From Gammaproteobacteria bacterium (GTDB taxonomy: Bacteria; Pseudomonadota; Gammaproteobacteria; Ga0077536), in assembly GCA_963662545.2 (NCBI GenBank), contig CAXXLL010000003.1, positions 2,784,001 through 2,848,000 on the forward strand: 64,000 nt of DNA, in the 5' to 3' direction. Both the position numbers and the translations under genes were made by a program. Below are positions 30,860 through 41,244 of this stretch, in pieces. Each line of letters starts with the position of its first letter. Positions within the stretch are counted from its first letter, which is position 1. The notes below the pieces were generated by a model, which had not been told where the DNA came from, did no database searches, and worked only from the letters and a program-made list of their open reading frames with translations.

Positions 30860-33800
30860 TTAGAACTTGAAGATCTTCTTGAGTGCTTCTCCAGCGTCGC
30901 CGCCGATGGCGTCTTGAAGCTTTTTCCCAATTTCTTTCGTTATTGCGCTCTTCGCAACCTGCTTGATGATGCTGCCGAAGTCGGGTAGACAGCTTGGGTT
31001 CTCAATGGCGCCGCGACATTTGATCGGCACGGAATAACCGCCAAGATTGTAATTGCCACCGTCCGCGCCCTTGCGCGCTTCGGATACGGCGAGCTCGAGA
31101 TTGTACTTAAGGGTGTTGTTGTGCAGATTAGCGAGCATCCCTTTACCGGTAATTGTGAAACCGTCGCCGGACAGCACGAGATCCTCGTTACGGATGACGC
31201 CGTTTTTAGCGGTCAGTGTACCGGCCAGCGTATTGAATCGGGTCTCGCCGCCCTTAGGCACCGACACCGGGCACTTGCATTCGATGATTTGTTCCACCGC
31301 GCGCAGCACGGCGACGGCATCGACGCCGCGGAACACGCCGTTCGTGGTTCCGAACTGGGCGGTTCCGTTCAAGGATTTCTTGATCCGATCGCCGTCACCG
31401 CCGACGGCCTTGAGCGCGGCATTGAAACTCACGATGCCGGACAGCATGTCGTTGCCGACGGTGTCCTTGATCAACGGCTCGACGCTGACGTTCTTGAGAT
31501 TGGTCTTCAGCACGAGCAGCGGTTGTTTGCCGGTCGCGTCGAGATCGATGACCCCGCCGTAGGTACCCTGATACAGCTCCGCGCCCAGGGGAGATAGCCT
31601 GATCTTGCCACCGTCGGCGCGAATGGAGAACTTGATGTTCTTCATTTTTGCACCGGACAGCACCAGGTCACCGATCAGCAGGTCGCCTTTGATCTTGAGC
31701 GCGCGCAGCATCTCCACCGGCAGTTCGCTGGCGGCGCCTGCTGCCGCGGCTTCCGGCGTTACGGGCCTGGATCTGCCCTTGGACGTCGGTTCCAGGTAAC
31801 GGTCGGCATTGATCTGATCGACGCCGATGGCGAAAGTGAGATCAGGACCTTCGAAGTTGGCGACATTCACGTTGCCTTGGATAGTGGTCTCATCGAGCGC
31901 GATCTCTAGGCCATCCAGCTTGATGCTGCCCGTGGTGCCGCTGAACCGGGTCTTCAGCCCGAGCCTGGTCAGGGCGCTGGGATCGGCAGTCTTCGGTACC
32001 GGTTTGTTGAGTCTCGCGAGGAGCTGTTTGAGGTTGAACGCCGGAACATCGAGTTTACCTTCGAAGGTCGGCTCGCTCATGATTTTCTCGGCATCGACGT
32101 TGGCTTTAACGTTGAGGCCGAGGCCGGTCACCGAAAGGTCATCCAGCACGAGAGTTTCTTTGTCGAGATTGGCCCGCGCGGAACCCGCGGCGACCCTGAG
32201 TTCGACGGGTTTCTTGACGCCCGCGCCGGCAACGGTGGTGGTCAAGGTGAGCGGACTTAAGATTAGATCCGAAAGGCTGCCCTTGACGCCCGCATCGATC
32301 TTTACGCTGTGCATTGATTTGGCGAGGTCGGCCTGTCCGACGCTGCGCAACAGGGGACCGAGATTCTTGCCTTCCACGCTGAGCCTGCCATCCAGGGTGC
32401 CATCGCCCTCTTCGAAGTCGACGTCCTCGCCCTTCATGTTGCCGCGAATCTCGAGCCCGATCAGATCCGCCGAGAGTTTGGGTAATGAAATACGTCCGGA
32501 CTTCAAATCGATGTCGAAATTCGCTTCAACTTTGAAGCCCTTCGCCTTTTCCTTGGCCAGCGATTTGGCCATGTCGGTTAGCGCCTTGCCGTCGGCTTGA
32601 AACTGCGCCGCAACGGCGAGCATGGACGGGAGATCCGGTCCCGAGGCCTTGAGCGTTCCCTTGATGGCGGGCTTGTCCGTGTCGGCATGGGTGGCGAAGA
32701 CTTCGCCCGTGATCGTGTTGCCGAGTAGCTTGACGTTGAGCTTCGGTAGCGAGGCCAGGCCTGCGCCCAGGTCGGCGTCGAGATCGGCGTCGATGGCGAA
32801 CGATTTATCCTTGGCACTGCGCAGCGCCTGGTTGAGGCTCTTGAGCGTCTCCGCGTCCGCACCCTGGATCTGGCCGAGTACGGCCAGCAGGGTCGGCAGG
32901 TCGGGGCCGCGCGCATTGAGGCTACCCTTGGCGACGGGCTTGTCGGTATTCGCCTCGGTGGCCTTGAAGCTGCCGCTCAGCCTGGCGCCCAGCATGTTGC
33001 CTTCGAACTTGCTGAGCGTTGCGTCGCCCGTCTCCATGTTGGCGTCGAAGGCCGCGGCAAAATTGAAAGCACGGTTCGAGATACCGGCGAGCTGTTTGCC
33101 GACCGGTAGTTCAAAGGCGTTGAAGATCAGTGCGAGGTCCTTGCCATCGACGTTCAGAAACCCTTTTGCGCTCGGGATCTCGTCTTCGATATCCGTGGCG
33201 GTGAACTCCCCTTCGACCGTCGTGCCGAGGCCGCTCAACTTGAGCCCGGTGATCCTGGCGATTTCATCGGCGAGATTGACGTCGATTTCCGCGCCGGCTT
33301 CGATCGTCGCCGCGCCGCCCGGCAGGTGCTTGCCGCGCAAGATGGCCTTAAACGCGAGCGGATTTACCTGGTAGCGCTCGTCATCGAGATTGTAAGACAC
33401 CGTGCCGGTCAGGCTGACATCACCGTCCAGCGCCGGCTTGTTGGCCACGACGGTCAACGAGGCATTGAAGTCGATCGGATCACCAAAGGTCAGTTCGCCC
33501 GTTGCGGCGTTGATTTTGGAGATCGTGATCTTCTGGTCGGTCGCGGCGTCGCTCCAGGTGAAGCGTGCATCCTTGATGTCGACACCGCCGAGCACGAACG
33601 AGGCCAGGCCGCCGCCATGCGGTTCCGTTTCGCCATCGCCGCCCGCGAGATCCTGCCAGTTGGTTACGCCGTCGGCGTTTCTCGCCAGGTTTACGACCAC
33701 GCCGTGAAGCTTGATGGTGTCCATCTCGATGCGCTCGCGCAGCAAGGGCAGGGTCGCGACGGCAACCTGGATTTCGTCCGCGGCGAACATGGGCTCATCG

Positions 33801-34039
33801 CCGAACCCGGGTGCGTTGCTCAACGACAGCGGTCCGGCTTTAAGCCTGAGCTTGGGCCAGAAGGCCCACTCCAGTGGGCCCTCGAGCGTGAGTTCCCGGC
33901 CCGTCTGATCGCGGACTTTTTCGGCGATGAGCTCCTTGAAGTCGTTGGGATCGGAAAAGGCAACGAATGCCGCAGCGCCGCCGACCACGATGATGACGGC
34001 TGCGATGAGCAACAGGACGAGTATTTTTAGTGCTTTCAT
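30860..34039 (-). CDS. AsmA-family protein (extended, 1059 aa)
   Basis: N-terminal TM, DPNDFK..I..KV...TGREL, AsmA-like C-terminus; synteny with mutY. Confidence 0.9.
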   Translation of the reverse strand: MKALKILVLLLIAAVIIVVGGAAAFVAFSDPNDFKELIAEKVRDQTGRELTLEGPLEWAFWPKLRLKAGPLSLSNAPGFGDEPMFAADEIQVAVATLPLLRERIEMDTIKLHGVVVNLARNADGVTNWQDLAGGDGETEPHGGGLASFVLGGVDIKDARFTWSDAATDQKITISKINAATGELTFGDPIDFNASLTVVANKPALDGDVSLTGTVSYNLDDERYQVNPLAFKAILRGKHLPGGAATIEAGAEIDVNLADEIARITGLKLSGLGTTVEGEFTATDIEDEIPSAKGFLNVDGKDLALIFNAFELPVGKQLAGISNRAFNFAAAFDANMETGDATLSKFEGNMLGARLSGSFKATEANTDKPVAKGSLNARGPDLPTLLAVLGQIQGADAETLKSLNQALRSAKDKSFAIDADLDADLGAGLASLPKLNVKLLGNTITGEVFATHADTDKPAIKGTLKASGPDLPSMLAVAAQFQADGKALTDMAKSLAKEKAKGFKVEANFDIDLKSGRISLPKLSADLIGLEIRGNMKGEDVDFEEGDGTLDGRLSVEGKNLGPLLRSVGQADLAKSMHSVKIDAGVKGSLSDLILSPLTLTTTVAGAGVKKPVELRVAAGSARANLDKETLVLDDLSVTGLGLNVKANVDAEKIMSEPTFEGKLDVPAFNLKQLLARLNKPVPKTADPSALTRLGLKTRFSGTTGSIKLDGLEIALDETTIQGNVNVANFEGPDLTFAIGVDQINADRYLEPTSKGRSRPVTPEAAAAGAASELPVEMLRALKIKGDLLIGDLVLSGAKMKNIKFSIRADGGKIRLSPLGAELYQGTYGGVIDLDATGKQPLLVLKTNLKNVSVEPLIKDTVGNDMLSGIVSFNAALKAVGGDGDRIKKSLNGTAQFGTTNGVFRGVDAVAVLRAVEQIIECKCPVSVPKGGETRFNTLAGTLTAKNGVIRNEDLVLSGDGFTITGKGMLANLHNNTLKYNLELAVSEARKGADGGNYNLGGYSVPIKCRGAIENPSCLPDFGSIIKQVAKSAITKEIGKKLQDAIGGDAGEALKKIFKF

Positions 34040-34059
34040 AGCAAGCTCCAGAGGATGGA

Positions 34060-35463
34060 TCAGGGTAGCGCCCGGGCGATGCGCTCGCGGGCGCGATCAC
34101 ACGCCGCCCGCACCTGGTCGGGCGCCGTCGCACCGAAATGCGCACGCGCCTTGAGGGCATTGTCCAGGTCGAGCACGTCGTAAATCGAATCATCGAGATC
34201 CGGATCAATGGCCTTGAAATCTTCGAGTGAGAGATCCTTCAACTCGCAGCCGCGTTCGATGGCCAGCTGGACGGCGCGGCCGACCGCTCCATGCGCGTCT
34301 CGGAACGGACGGCCGAGCCGAACGAGATGGTCTGCCAGATCCGTGGCCGCAAGGTAGCCGCTTGCCGCCGCTTCGCGCATACGCGCCCGGTTGAGCTTGA
34401 TCGACGGCACCAATTCGGTTAACGCACGGATACAGGCGCTGGTGGTATCGACGGTGTCAAACACGGGCTCCTTATCCTCCTGGTTATCCTTGTTATAGGC
34501 CAGCGGCTGCGATTTCATGAGCGTCAACAGGGCCATCAGGTGACCGATCACGCGACCTGATTTCCCGCGCACGAGTTCGGGCACGTCCGGGTTCTTCTTC
34601 TGCGGCATCATCGAAGAGCCCGTACAGAACGCGTCATCCAGTTCGATGAAACCAAAAGCCTGAGAGTTCCACAGCACGAGTTCTTCGGCCATGCGCGAGA
34701 AATGCACCATGAGTAGCGCAGCGGCCGCCGTGAACTCAATGGCAAAATCACGATCGCTGACGGCGTCCAGCGAATTCTCGGCAACGGCATCGAAGCCCAG
34801 CAATTCCGCCGCGCGAGCTCGGTCGATGGGAAAAGTCGTGCCCGCCAGCGCGCCCGCCCCGAGCGGCAGCGTGTTGACGCGGCGTCTGCAGTCGAGGAGC
34901 CTGCCGGCATCGCGCATCAGCATTTCGAACCACGCCAGCATGTGGTGTCCGAAGGAAATCGGTTGCGCGGCTTGCAGGTGCGTGTAACCCGGCAGGAGCG
35001 TCCCGGTTTCCTGTACGGCCACATCGACCAGCGCGGTCATCAGGTCGCGCAGGCCGCCGAGTAGCGCATCGATCTCGTCGCGCAGGTAAAGCCGCAGATC
35101 GGTTGCGACCTGGTCGTTGCGTGAACGCGCGGTGTGCAGTTTCTTGCCGGCTTCCCCGATCCGATCGACCAGCGCACGCTCGATATTCATGTGCACGTCT
35201 TCGAGTTCGACCGACCAGATGAATCGATCGCCCGCAATATCTTCGCCGATCGCCCGCAGACCCTGTTCGATCCGGTTGAATTCGTCGTCAGACAGCACGC
35301 CGTTCTCGGCCAGCATGCGTGCGTGCGCGATCGACGCCTCGATATCATAGGGTGCGAGCCGTTTGTCGAAGACAACGGAGGCCGTAAACGCCTCGACGAA
35401 GGCGTCGATGGGTGCGGTGAAACGCCCGCCCCACGGCTTTTTGCTTTCGTGTCGTGCTGACAT
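34060..35463 (-). CDS. argH: Argininosuccinate lyase
   Basis: [26 protein letters not shown]. Confidence 0.98.
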   Translation of the reverse strand: MSARHESKKPWGGRFTAPIDAFVEAFTASVVFDKRLAPYDIEASIAHARMLAENGVLSDDEFNRIEQGLRAIGEDIAGDRFIWSVELEDVHMNIERALVDRIGEAGKKLHTARSRNDQVATDLRLYLRDEIDALLGGLRDLMTALVDVAVQETGTLLPGYTHLQAAQPISFGHHMLAWFEMLMRDAGRLLDCRRRVNTLPLGAGALAGTTFPIDRARAAELLGFDAVAENSLDAVSDRDFAIEFTAAAALLMVHFSRMAEELVLWNSQAFGFIELDDAFCTGSSMMPQKKNPDVPELVRGKSGRVIGHLMALLTLMKSQPLAYNKDNQEDKEPVFDTVDTTSACIRALTELVPSIKLNRARMREAAASGYLAATDLADHLVRLGRPFRDAHGAVGRAVQLAIERGCELKDLSLEDFKAIDPDLDDSIYDVLDLDNALKARAHFGATAPDQVRAACDRARERIARALP

Positions 35464-35618
35464 TTTCGGTGGCCGAAAAGGCGCTCGCGCGCCGGATGAG
35501 GGAATGTGCGAGTATATCGCAGGAAGACTCACCGGCGGTTGCCTGAATAGTGGGGATCGACGGGCAAGAGGCTGACGACACCAACCGAAGCTTTACCTGG
35601 CGACGCTTTCAGCTTCTC

Positions 35619-36689
35619 ATGCAGAAAATTTCAACGGCGACGAACGACGACACAGCGGATACGGTTTTTCTGCCGGATCTGTGCGGCGTTACGGCCCTAT
35701 TTGTCGTCGTCGTTGTCGGGGAACTCGTCGCGTTGGTCATCGTCATCACGGGGACAGGGTTCTCGCGTGCGTTTTTCGACGAGCTGGCCCTCGTATCGTT
35801 TTACACGCAGTGGCTCGGGTTGTCCTCGTCGGCGGTGCTTTGCGCTGCGCGTAAACCGCTTAATGGCTTCGACGAACGGAGCATCGCGGTGATTTGCTAC
35901 CTGCTCATTCTCATCGTCGCGTACACGGTTGCGGAACTGGCGTGGTGGGTGGTCAATCCGGTCGATGACGCAGGTGCGCTGATCGAACTCTCACGCGGGG
36001 AGTTGATCCTGCGCACGCTCAGTGTCAGTGCCATTGTCGGCGCGCTGGTGCTGCGCTATTTCTACGTCCAGTTTCACTGGAAACAACGCATTGCTTCGGA
36101 GGCATCTGCACGGCTCGAAGCACTGCAGGCGCGTATCCGGCCGCATTTCTTTTTTAATTGCATGAATACAATCGCGAGCCTGACGCGATCGGATCCGCAA
36201 CTCGCCGAGCGCGCCGTAGAAGATCTCGCCGACTTGTTCCGCGCCAATCTCGCCGATGCCCGTGCGCCGGTCCCGATCGACGAGGAAATAGCCTTTGTCG
36301 AGCGCTACTTGAACATCGAACGCCTTCGACTCGGCGATCGTCTCGCAGTCGATTGGTAGATCGACGAAATGCCGGATGGTGCTCGCTTGCCGCTGTTGAG
36401 TCTCCAACCTATCGTCGAAAACGCCATTTATCACGGTATCGAGCCGTCGAGTGCCGGGGGAACTGTGGAGATCAGAGCACGCGTCGTCGGCGGTCAACTG
36501 GAAGTCACGGTAGCGAATCCGTTCAACGAGAAAGCCGATTCCGGTCGACGCGGTAATCGGATCGCGCTGGATAACGTCAAACAGCGATTGCGGGCCCATT
36601 TCGGTGAGGCCGCCGACGTACGGACGAAAATTGGTGGTGCGCGTTACGAGGTGCGGCTTGTGGTGCCGCTGACGGGCAGCGGGGCATGA
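35619..36689 (+). pseudogene. algZ: AlgZ/FimS LytS-family sensor kinase with in-frame TAG at 36357-36359
   Basis: LQARIRPHFFFN and LQPIVENAIYHG in the same frame, separated by one stop; argH/algR synteny. Confidence 0.85.
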
Positions 36690-37420
36690 GGATCCTCATC
36701 GTCGATGACGAACCCCTCGCGCGCAAGCGCCTGTCGTCGCAGGTGCGCGACCTCGGGATGGGGGAGGTCGTAGGCGAAGCGGAAAATGGATTCGGCGCGC
36801 TGGAAATGGTGGCGTCGTTACGACCGGACGTGGTGCTGCTCGATGTCCGCATGCCGGAGATGGATGGCCTGGAAGCAGCCCGGCACATAGGTGGACTGTC
36901 GTCGCCACCGGCGGTCGTCTTTACAACCGCCTATGACGAGCACGCCCTGGCCGCCTTTGAGACGCAAGCCCTCGATTACCTGCTCAAACCGGTGCGTAGC
37001 GAACGATTGCGCGATGCGCTTAACCGAGCCGAAATGCTCGTTGCCGGCCGCAACCTGCTGCAATTCGATTCGGAGACTGCGGTCGGCCGGCGCCGCCATG
37101 TCAGCGCGATTGTCAGCGGCGGTCTGCGCTTACTCCCGATCAAAGAAGTCATTTACCTGCAGGCTGATCAGGGTTACGTCAGTGCCGTATCCGCCGATTC
37201 GCGGCTTTTGATCGAAGACTCTCTCCGCTCACTCGAAGCGGAGTTTGGCGACTGTTTCGTGCGTATTCACCGCAACGCACTCGTTCAGCCGCAGCACGTA
37301 CGCGGTCTCGAAAAGGACCGCAGCGGCAACTCGGTCATCGTATTCGAGGCATTGAGCGATGGTCTGGTCGTGAGCCGTCGTCTGCTCGGGCAGGTGCGAA
37401 AACGCCTGCGTTATGTCTAA
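36686..37420 (+). CDS. algR: LytTR response regulator
   Basis: REC domain (VDDE, LDVRMP, FTTAYD, YLLKP) plus FVRIHRNALV. Confidence 0.9.
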   Translation: MRILIVDDEPLARKRLSSQVRDLGMGEVVGEAENGFGALEMVASLRPDVVLLDVRMPEMDGLEAARHIGGLSSPPAVVFTTAYDEHALAAFETQALDYLLKPVRSERLRDALNRAEMLVAGRNLLQFDSETAVGRRRHVSAIVSGGLRLLPIKEVIYLQADQGYVSAVSADSRLLIEDSLRSLEAEFGDCFVRIHRNALVQPQHVRGLEKDRSGNSVIVFEALSDGLVVSRRLLGQVRKRLRYV

Positions 37421-37506
37421 GAAACCTCTGAATAAGTCATGACACATGTGCCTTGCGCCTTAAATCGCGCGGCTCTGCGTTACGAATCTTAGCCCTAGTC
37501 CCTGCT

Positions 37507-38929
37507 CATAGGTTAGTTCTTAAGCGGCCGCATGAACATGCTGAAGGCCGAGCTTGAGTCGTCCCGAAATGCAATCGCGGTCAGGTTTTGCGCGCTGAGC
37601 GTTGCTGGCCAAATAGCGCAACGCGTGTTCGAGCGGTCGGTGTAAAGAGCGGGGCCGATGGATAAGCGTATGGAGAATGGGACCGAGCACGTGATGAATG
37701 CACTTGGCCGCGGTATGAGTCGAGATGGCGACGTTCAACCAGCGCTCGGTGACATGAGCGCAATAGCGCTGCAGCGTTGCGGCGCATAGTGCGGCCCAGA
37801 TAAGCCCTTCGGCGATGTGCGGGTTGGCGGTATCAAAGGCGTGTAGATTGGCGTAAGACTTCCACTCTTTGAATAGCAGCTCGACCTGCCAGCGTAATCG
37901 ATACGCGTCGCTAATATGCTCGGGCGTAAAGGTGGTGGCGTCGAGATTGGTGATGAGATAACGAGGTGCTGCACCTTTTTTAAGGTTGGGGTGCACGACT
38001 AAACGACAGGTCCAGGGTCCCTGCACGCCGTCGAATTGCACGGCCATGTCGAGGCAATCGAAGCGCTTTAAGGTCGATGCCACCGCTTTCAATCGCTGCT
38101 TGTCAAAGCGTTTGACCCGCCGCCCATCGGCGCGACGAGCGGCAACGATCAGCGGATTGATACCTTGACCCGCGCGCACGATGAAATAGCCGCCGGCGGT
38201 GTCGAGCGCTTCAAAGTAAGGCCGCGCGAAGTAGCCACGGTCGGCCAGCAGCAAACCACCAGCGACCTCTTCAACGGCCGGCAAGAACTGCCGCTCTGCT
38301 GAGCTGTCAGGGCTGAGTACGACCTCGTTCAGGGTCTCACTGAGCAGGTCGAGATCGGCATGGAGCTCTACCGCGGCGGGACTCACGGTCGTGAAGCGAC
38401 CGGGAAAGCTGTCCTTCAGCGCCGGTTTTAACGCAAACGAGGTGCCGTCCTGGATGCGGATGTGGTCAAACTGCGCAAATGGGCTGTTGGGTTCGAATCG
38501 GAGGACATCGCAGGCCAGGCCATTGAGCAATTCGCTTAGCAGCGCTTGCATAAACATCGGAAACTGTTTTTTGGCGAGCTGATTATGAAACGGTTTGTAG
38601 CGCACCGTGGTCGAGCACAGCGCATTGAAAGCGCGTTGAATATCAGCGATACAGCTCGCTGAGTGCCCGGCGAAGCTTTCGATTAGGCTTACCGCTAAAC
38701 GGAACGGCGTGACCTCCCTTTCTCGGCGACAGAATCGCGTTGCACGCCCCAAGTCGTTGAGCGTACGCTCGCCTAGCGTGCGTTTTAACTGCCGGCTCAC
38801 TGTGCTAATTTCGCTGTGCTTCATCCGATACTCCCAGATCACGAAGTCGATTGGTGTTGATTTCATGATCTGATCGGATGGAGCGCTTTTGGTTCCCTCT
38901 TTTCAACGGCTTATAAGATCCGACCTATG
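37507..38929 (-). mobile_element. IS4-family element with 10-bp target duplication
   Basis: TIRs begin CATAGGT; AGTCCCTGCT at 37497-37506 and 38930-38939. Confidence 0.94.
37520..38866 (-). CDS. IS4-family transposase
   Basis: IQDGT, LADRGY, YRLRWQVELLFKEWK (YREK motif). Confidence 0.94.
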   Translation of the reverse strand: MKSTPIDFVIWEYRMKHSEISTVSRQLKRTLGERTLNDLGRATRFCRREREVTPFRLAVSLIESFAGHSASCIADIQRAFNALCSTTVRYKPFHNQLAKKQFPMFMQALLSELLNGLACDVLRFEPNSPFAQFDHIRIQDGTSFALKPALKDSFPGRFTTVSPAAVELHADLDLLSETLNEVVLSPDSSAERQFLPAVEEVAGGLLLADRGYFARPYFEALDTAGGYFIVRAGQGINPLIVAARRADGRRVKRFDKQRLKAVASTLKRFDCLDMAVQFDGVQGPWTCRLVVHPNLKKGAAPRYLITNLDATTFTPEHISDAYRLRWQVELLFKEWKSYANLHAFDTANPHIAEGLIWAALCAATLQRYCAHVTERWLNVAISTHTAAKCIHHVLGPILHTLIHRPRSLHRPLEHALRYLASNAQRAKPDRDCISGRLKLGLQHVHAAA

Positions 38930-39076
38930 AGTCCCTGCTATTACCTGCGATTCGTGCCTTGATATGCACGATTTCATGCACTATTCACACGCACCATGAC
39001 TAATTCAGTGGTTCCCTAAGACAGGGGTCATGCCGCACCCTTGAACCGCCTCGACGGCGCTGATGAAACATGTAGG

Positions 39077-39802
39077 TTATTTGAGATCACCCCACAAAGC
39101 CTGCACGATCGACAAGGCGGTGACGGCGGCCGTTTCGGTTCGCAGCGTGCGGGGACCGAGATGGACGGGGGTCACGCCGGCATTTTCAAGTGCTTCGATC
39201 TCACGTTCGTCGAAGCCACCTTCGGGTCCGGCGACAATGGTGATATCGGGCGTCGGCGGTGACTGTTGCGCGAGGCCCTGAGGTGCTTTCGCGTTGAGAA
39301 GAAAGCGATGGCCCGACGCAGTTTCGGTGAGCCACTGATCGAGATGGGCGGCAGCATGCACATCGGGCAGCCGAGTGCGGCCGCTTTGCTCAGCGGCGTG
39401 GCGCGCGATGCCGCACCAGTGTGCGAGGCGCTTCTCGGCGCGATCGCCGTCAAGACGCACCGCGGTCCGGCGGCTGATCACCGGTACGATGTGCCGTATC
39501 CCGAGCTCGACCGCTTTCTGAATGGTGTAGTCCATCCGTTCGCCGCGAGAAATCGACTGTACCAGCGTCAGGTCGAGCAGCGATTCTGTATCAACCGGGC
39601 GGAAGCCGTTGATAATCGCGCGTACTTCACTGCGCGCGACCTTGGTCAACCGCGCGTCGTACTCGCCGCCTGCGCCATTGAACAGGATGACTTCAGCATC
39701 CCGTGCGAGTCGCAACACGGTGCGGACGCGGTGACCCACGTCCACGGGGAGTTCGCGTTCTTCCCCCACCTGGATCTCGCCTTCTATGTAGAGTCGCGCC
39801 AT
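39077..39802 (-). CDS. rsmE: 16S rRNA m3U1498 methyltransferase
   Basis: QKAVELG, AEQSGR, GPEGGF, LGPRTLRTETA. Confidence 0.96.
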   Translation of the reverse strand: MARLYIEGEIQVGEERELPVDVGHRVRTVLRLARDAEVILFNGAGGEYDARLTKVARSEVRAIINGFRPVDTESLLDLTLVQSISRGERMDYTIQKAVELGIRHIVPVISRRTAVRLDGDRAEKRLAHWCGIARHAAEQSGRTRLPDVHAAAHLDQWLTETASGHRFLLNAKAPQGLAQQSPPTPDITIVAGPEGGFDEREIEALENAGVTPVHLGPRTLRTETAAVTALSIVQALWGDLK

Positions 39803-40025
39803 ATCCCCGCAATCCGGATGGTCGGAATATGGACATAACGACGTCCATCAAGCAGGTTTGTACTTGATGAATAGAACTCGGCGCCAGATCTATTTCGATG
39901 GTATGTCGTCGTCGAAGCGAGTCGGCAAGCGATAGAAAATCGTTTTTTCAACATGCTGTTAGTTGATCGCCTATGACCATCATACCGCGCTAACATAGCG
40001 GGACTCCCGTGGCGGATAGACAGAC

Positions 40026-40472
40026 ATGTTTCGCACTCTCAAAGCATTATTCGACGACCGAATAGCAAGTTATGCCACAGCCGATGACGAGGTCGACGCC
40101 TTGCCGCTTGCGGTTGCCGCGTTACTGTTCGAGATTTCGAGGGCAGACCACGAGGTCCATGAGGACGAACGCAAGGAAATGGTGCGCGCCATCGGTACCG
40201 TGTGTGAACTTGAAGAGAGCGATATCGCAAGCTTGCTCGAGACGGCGGACACGGCGGTCGAGGAGGCGGTATCGCTTTTTGATTTCACCTCGGTCGTCAA
40301 CGAGCATTTGAATCGTGAGAAAAAGTACGAACTGTTGCTGGTGCTCTGGCGTATCGCCTATGCCGACGGGAGGCTCGACCGCTACGAGGAATACTACATT
40401 CGGAAGATCGCGGATCTACTGCACCTCTCGCACGCGGATTTTATCCGCGCCAAGCACGCGGCGGCGGATTGA
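40026..40472 (+). CDS. TerB-family protein
   Basis: AALLFEISRAD, LWRIAYADG, IRKIADLL. Confidence 0.85.
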   Translation: MFRTLKALFDDRIASYATADDEVDALPLAVAALLFEISRADHEVHEDERKEMVRAIGTVCELEESDIASLLETADTAVEEAVSLFDFTSVVNEHLNREKKYELLLVLWRIAYADGRLDRYEEYYIRKIADLLHLSHADFIRAKHAAAD

Positions 40473-40632
40473 CAAACGGACGAAGTCTGACGAGCGCCCG
40501 CAAGCGGACTCCTACGATAACCGTCAACCTACGCTCATTGGCAAGATCTTCGTGGCTCATTGCGATCGTATTTAGGAACTGGAATCTTAAAAACTTACCT
40601 CTGAATCTACGCTAGCAAGAGAACGCCTTTCT

Positions 40633-41115
40633 TCAAGCTGCCGATCCGTGCGCCGGGATTATGTATTCGGTGCCTAGCATTGCCAGGATCAAGCGATCTT
40701 CGAGCTCGATTCGGGTGGCGATCTCTTCGGCCAGAGTCGACAGATCGGTCGTCAATCGCGCCTCGATCACGGGCGCATCGAGTGCTTCGTACTTGTCCGT
40801 GAATTCCACCGCTACATCGGTCGTCTTCGCAATCCGCGGATATATTTCGCGCGCGGTTTCGAGCACGCTCTGCCGCCGCTCTGTACCCTCCGAGATTCGC
40901 TGGTAGAGACCAAAATGTCCAGTGGCGATGTAATCGACGAGAATCTCCTGAAACTCTTCAAGCGTCTCGCGAATGTTCTGGTCGATCTTTGCGAAATCAA
41001 GCTTTGAAAGCTCCCACAACAGCACCAGCATCTGCTGCCGTTGCTGCAACATGTCTTCGATCAGTTTGCGAGAGCGTGGGCGCTCGCTAGTGCTTGCTGA
41101 AACGTGTTCGGGCAT
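40633..41115 (-). CDS. Rsd/AlgQ anti-sigma70 factor
   Basis: F.EILVDYIATGHFGLY, RIELEDRLI. Confidence 0.85.
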   Translation of the reverse strand: MPEHVSASTSERPRSRKLIEDMLQQRQQMLVLLWELSKLDFAKIDQNIRETLEEFQEILVDYIATGHFGLYQRISEGTERRQSVLETAREIYPRIAKTTDVAVEFTDKYEALDAPVIEARLTTDLSTLAEEIATRIELEDRLILAMLGTEYIIPAHGSAA

Positions 41116-41244
41116 TTGTTGTGAACCAGTCGTTTTTTTTGCGCGCCTAATGTAACCCGTCGATGGTGCAAAAGCACCTATGGCCCCGCCGGATACGCAC
41201 CGGAATCGTGCGATTTTGCCACCGCCCGGCGCTATAATCCGCGC

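Larger units (their letters stand above)
37421..39015. mobile_element. 162-bp MITE copy 1, split by an IS4 element
   Basis: TIR GAAACCTCTGAATAAGT; CTAA at 37417 and 39016; halves of 86+76 bp align with copy 2. Confidence 0.85.
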
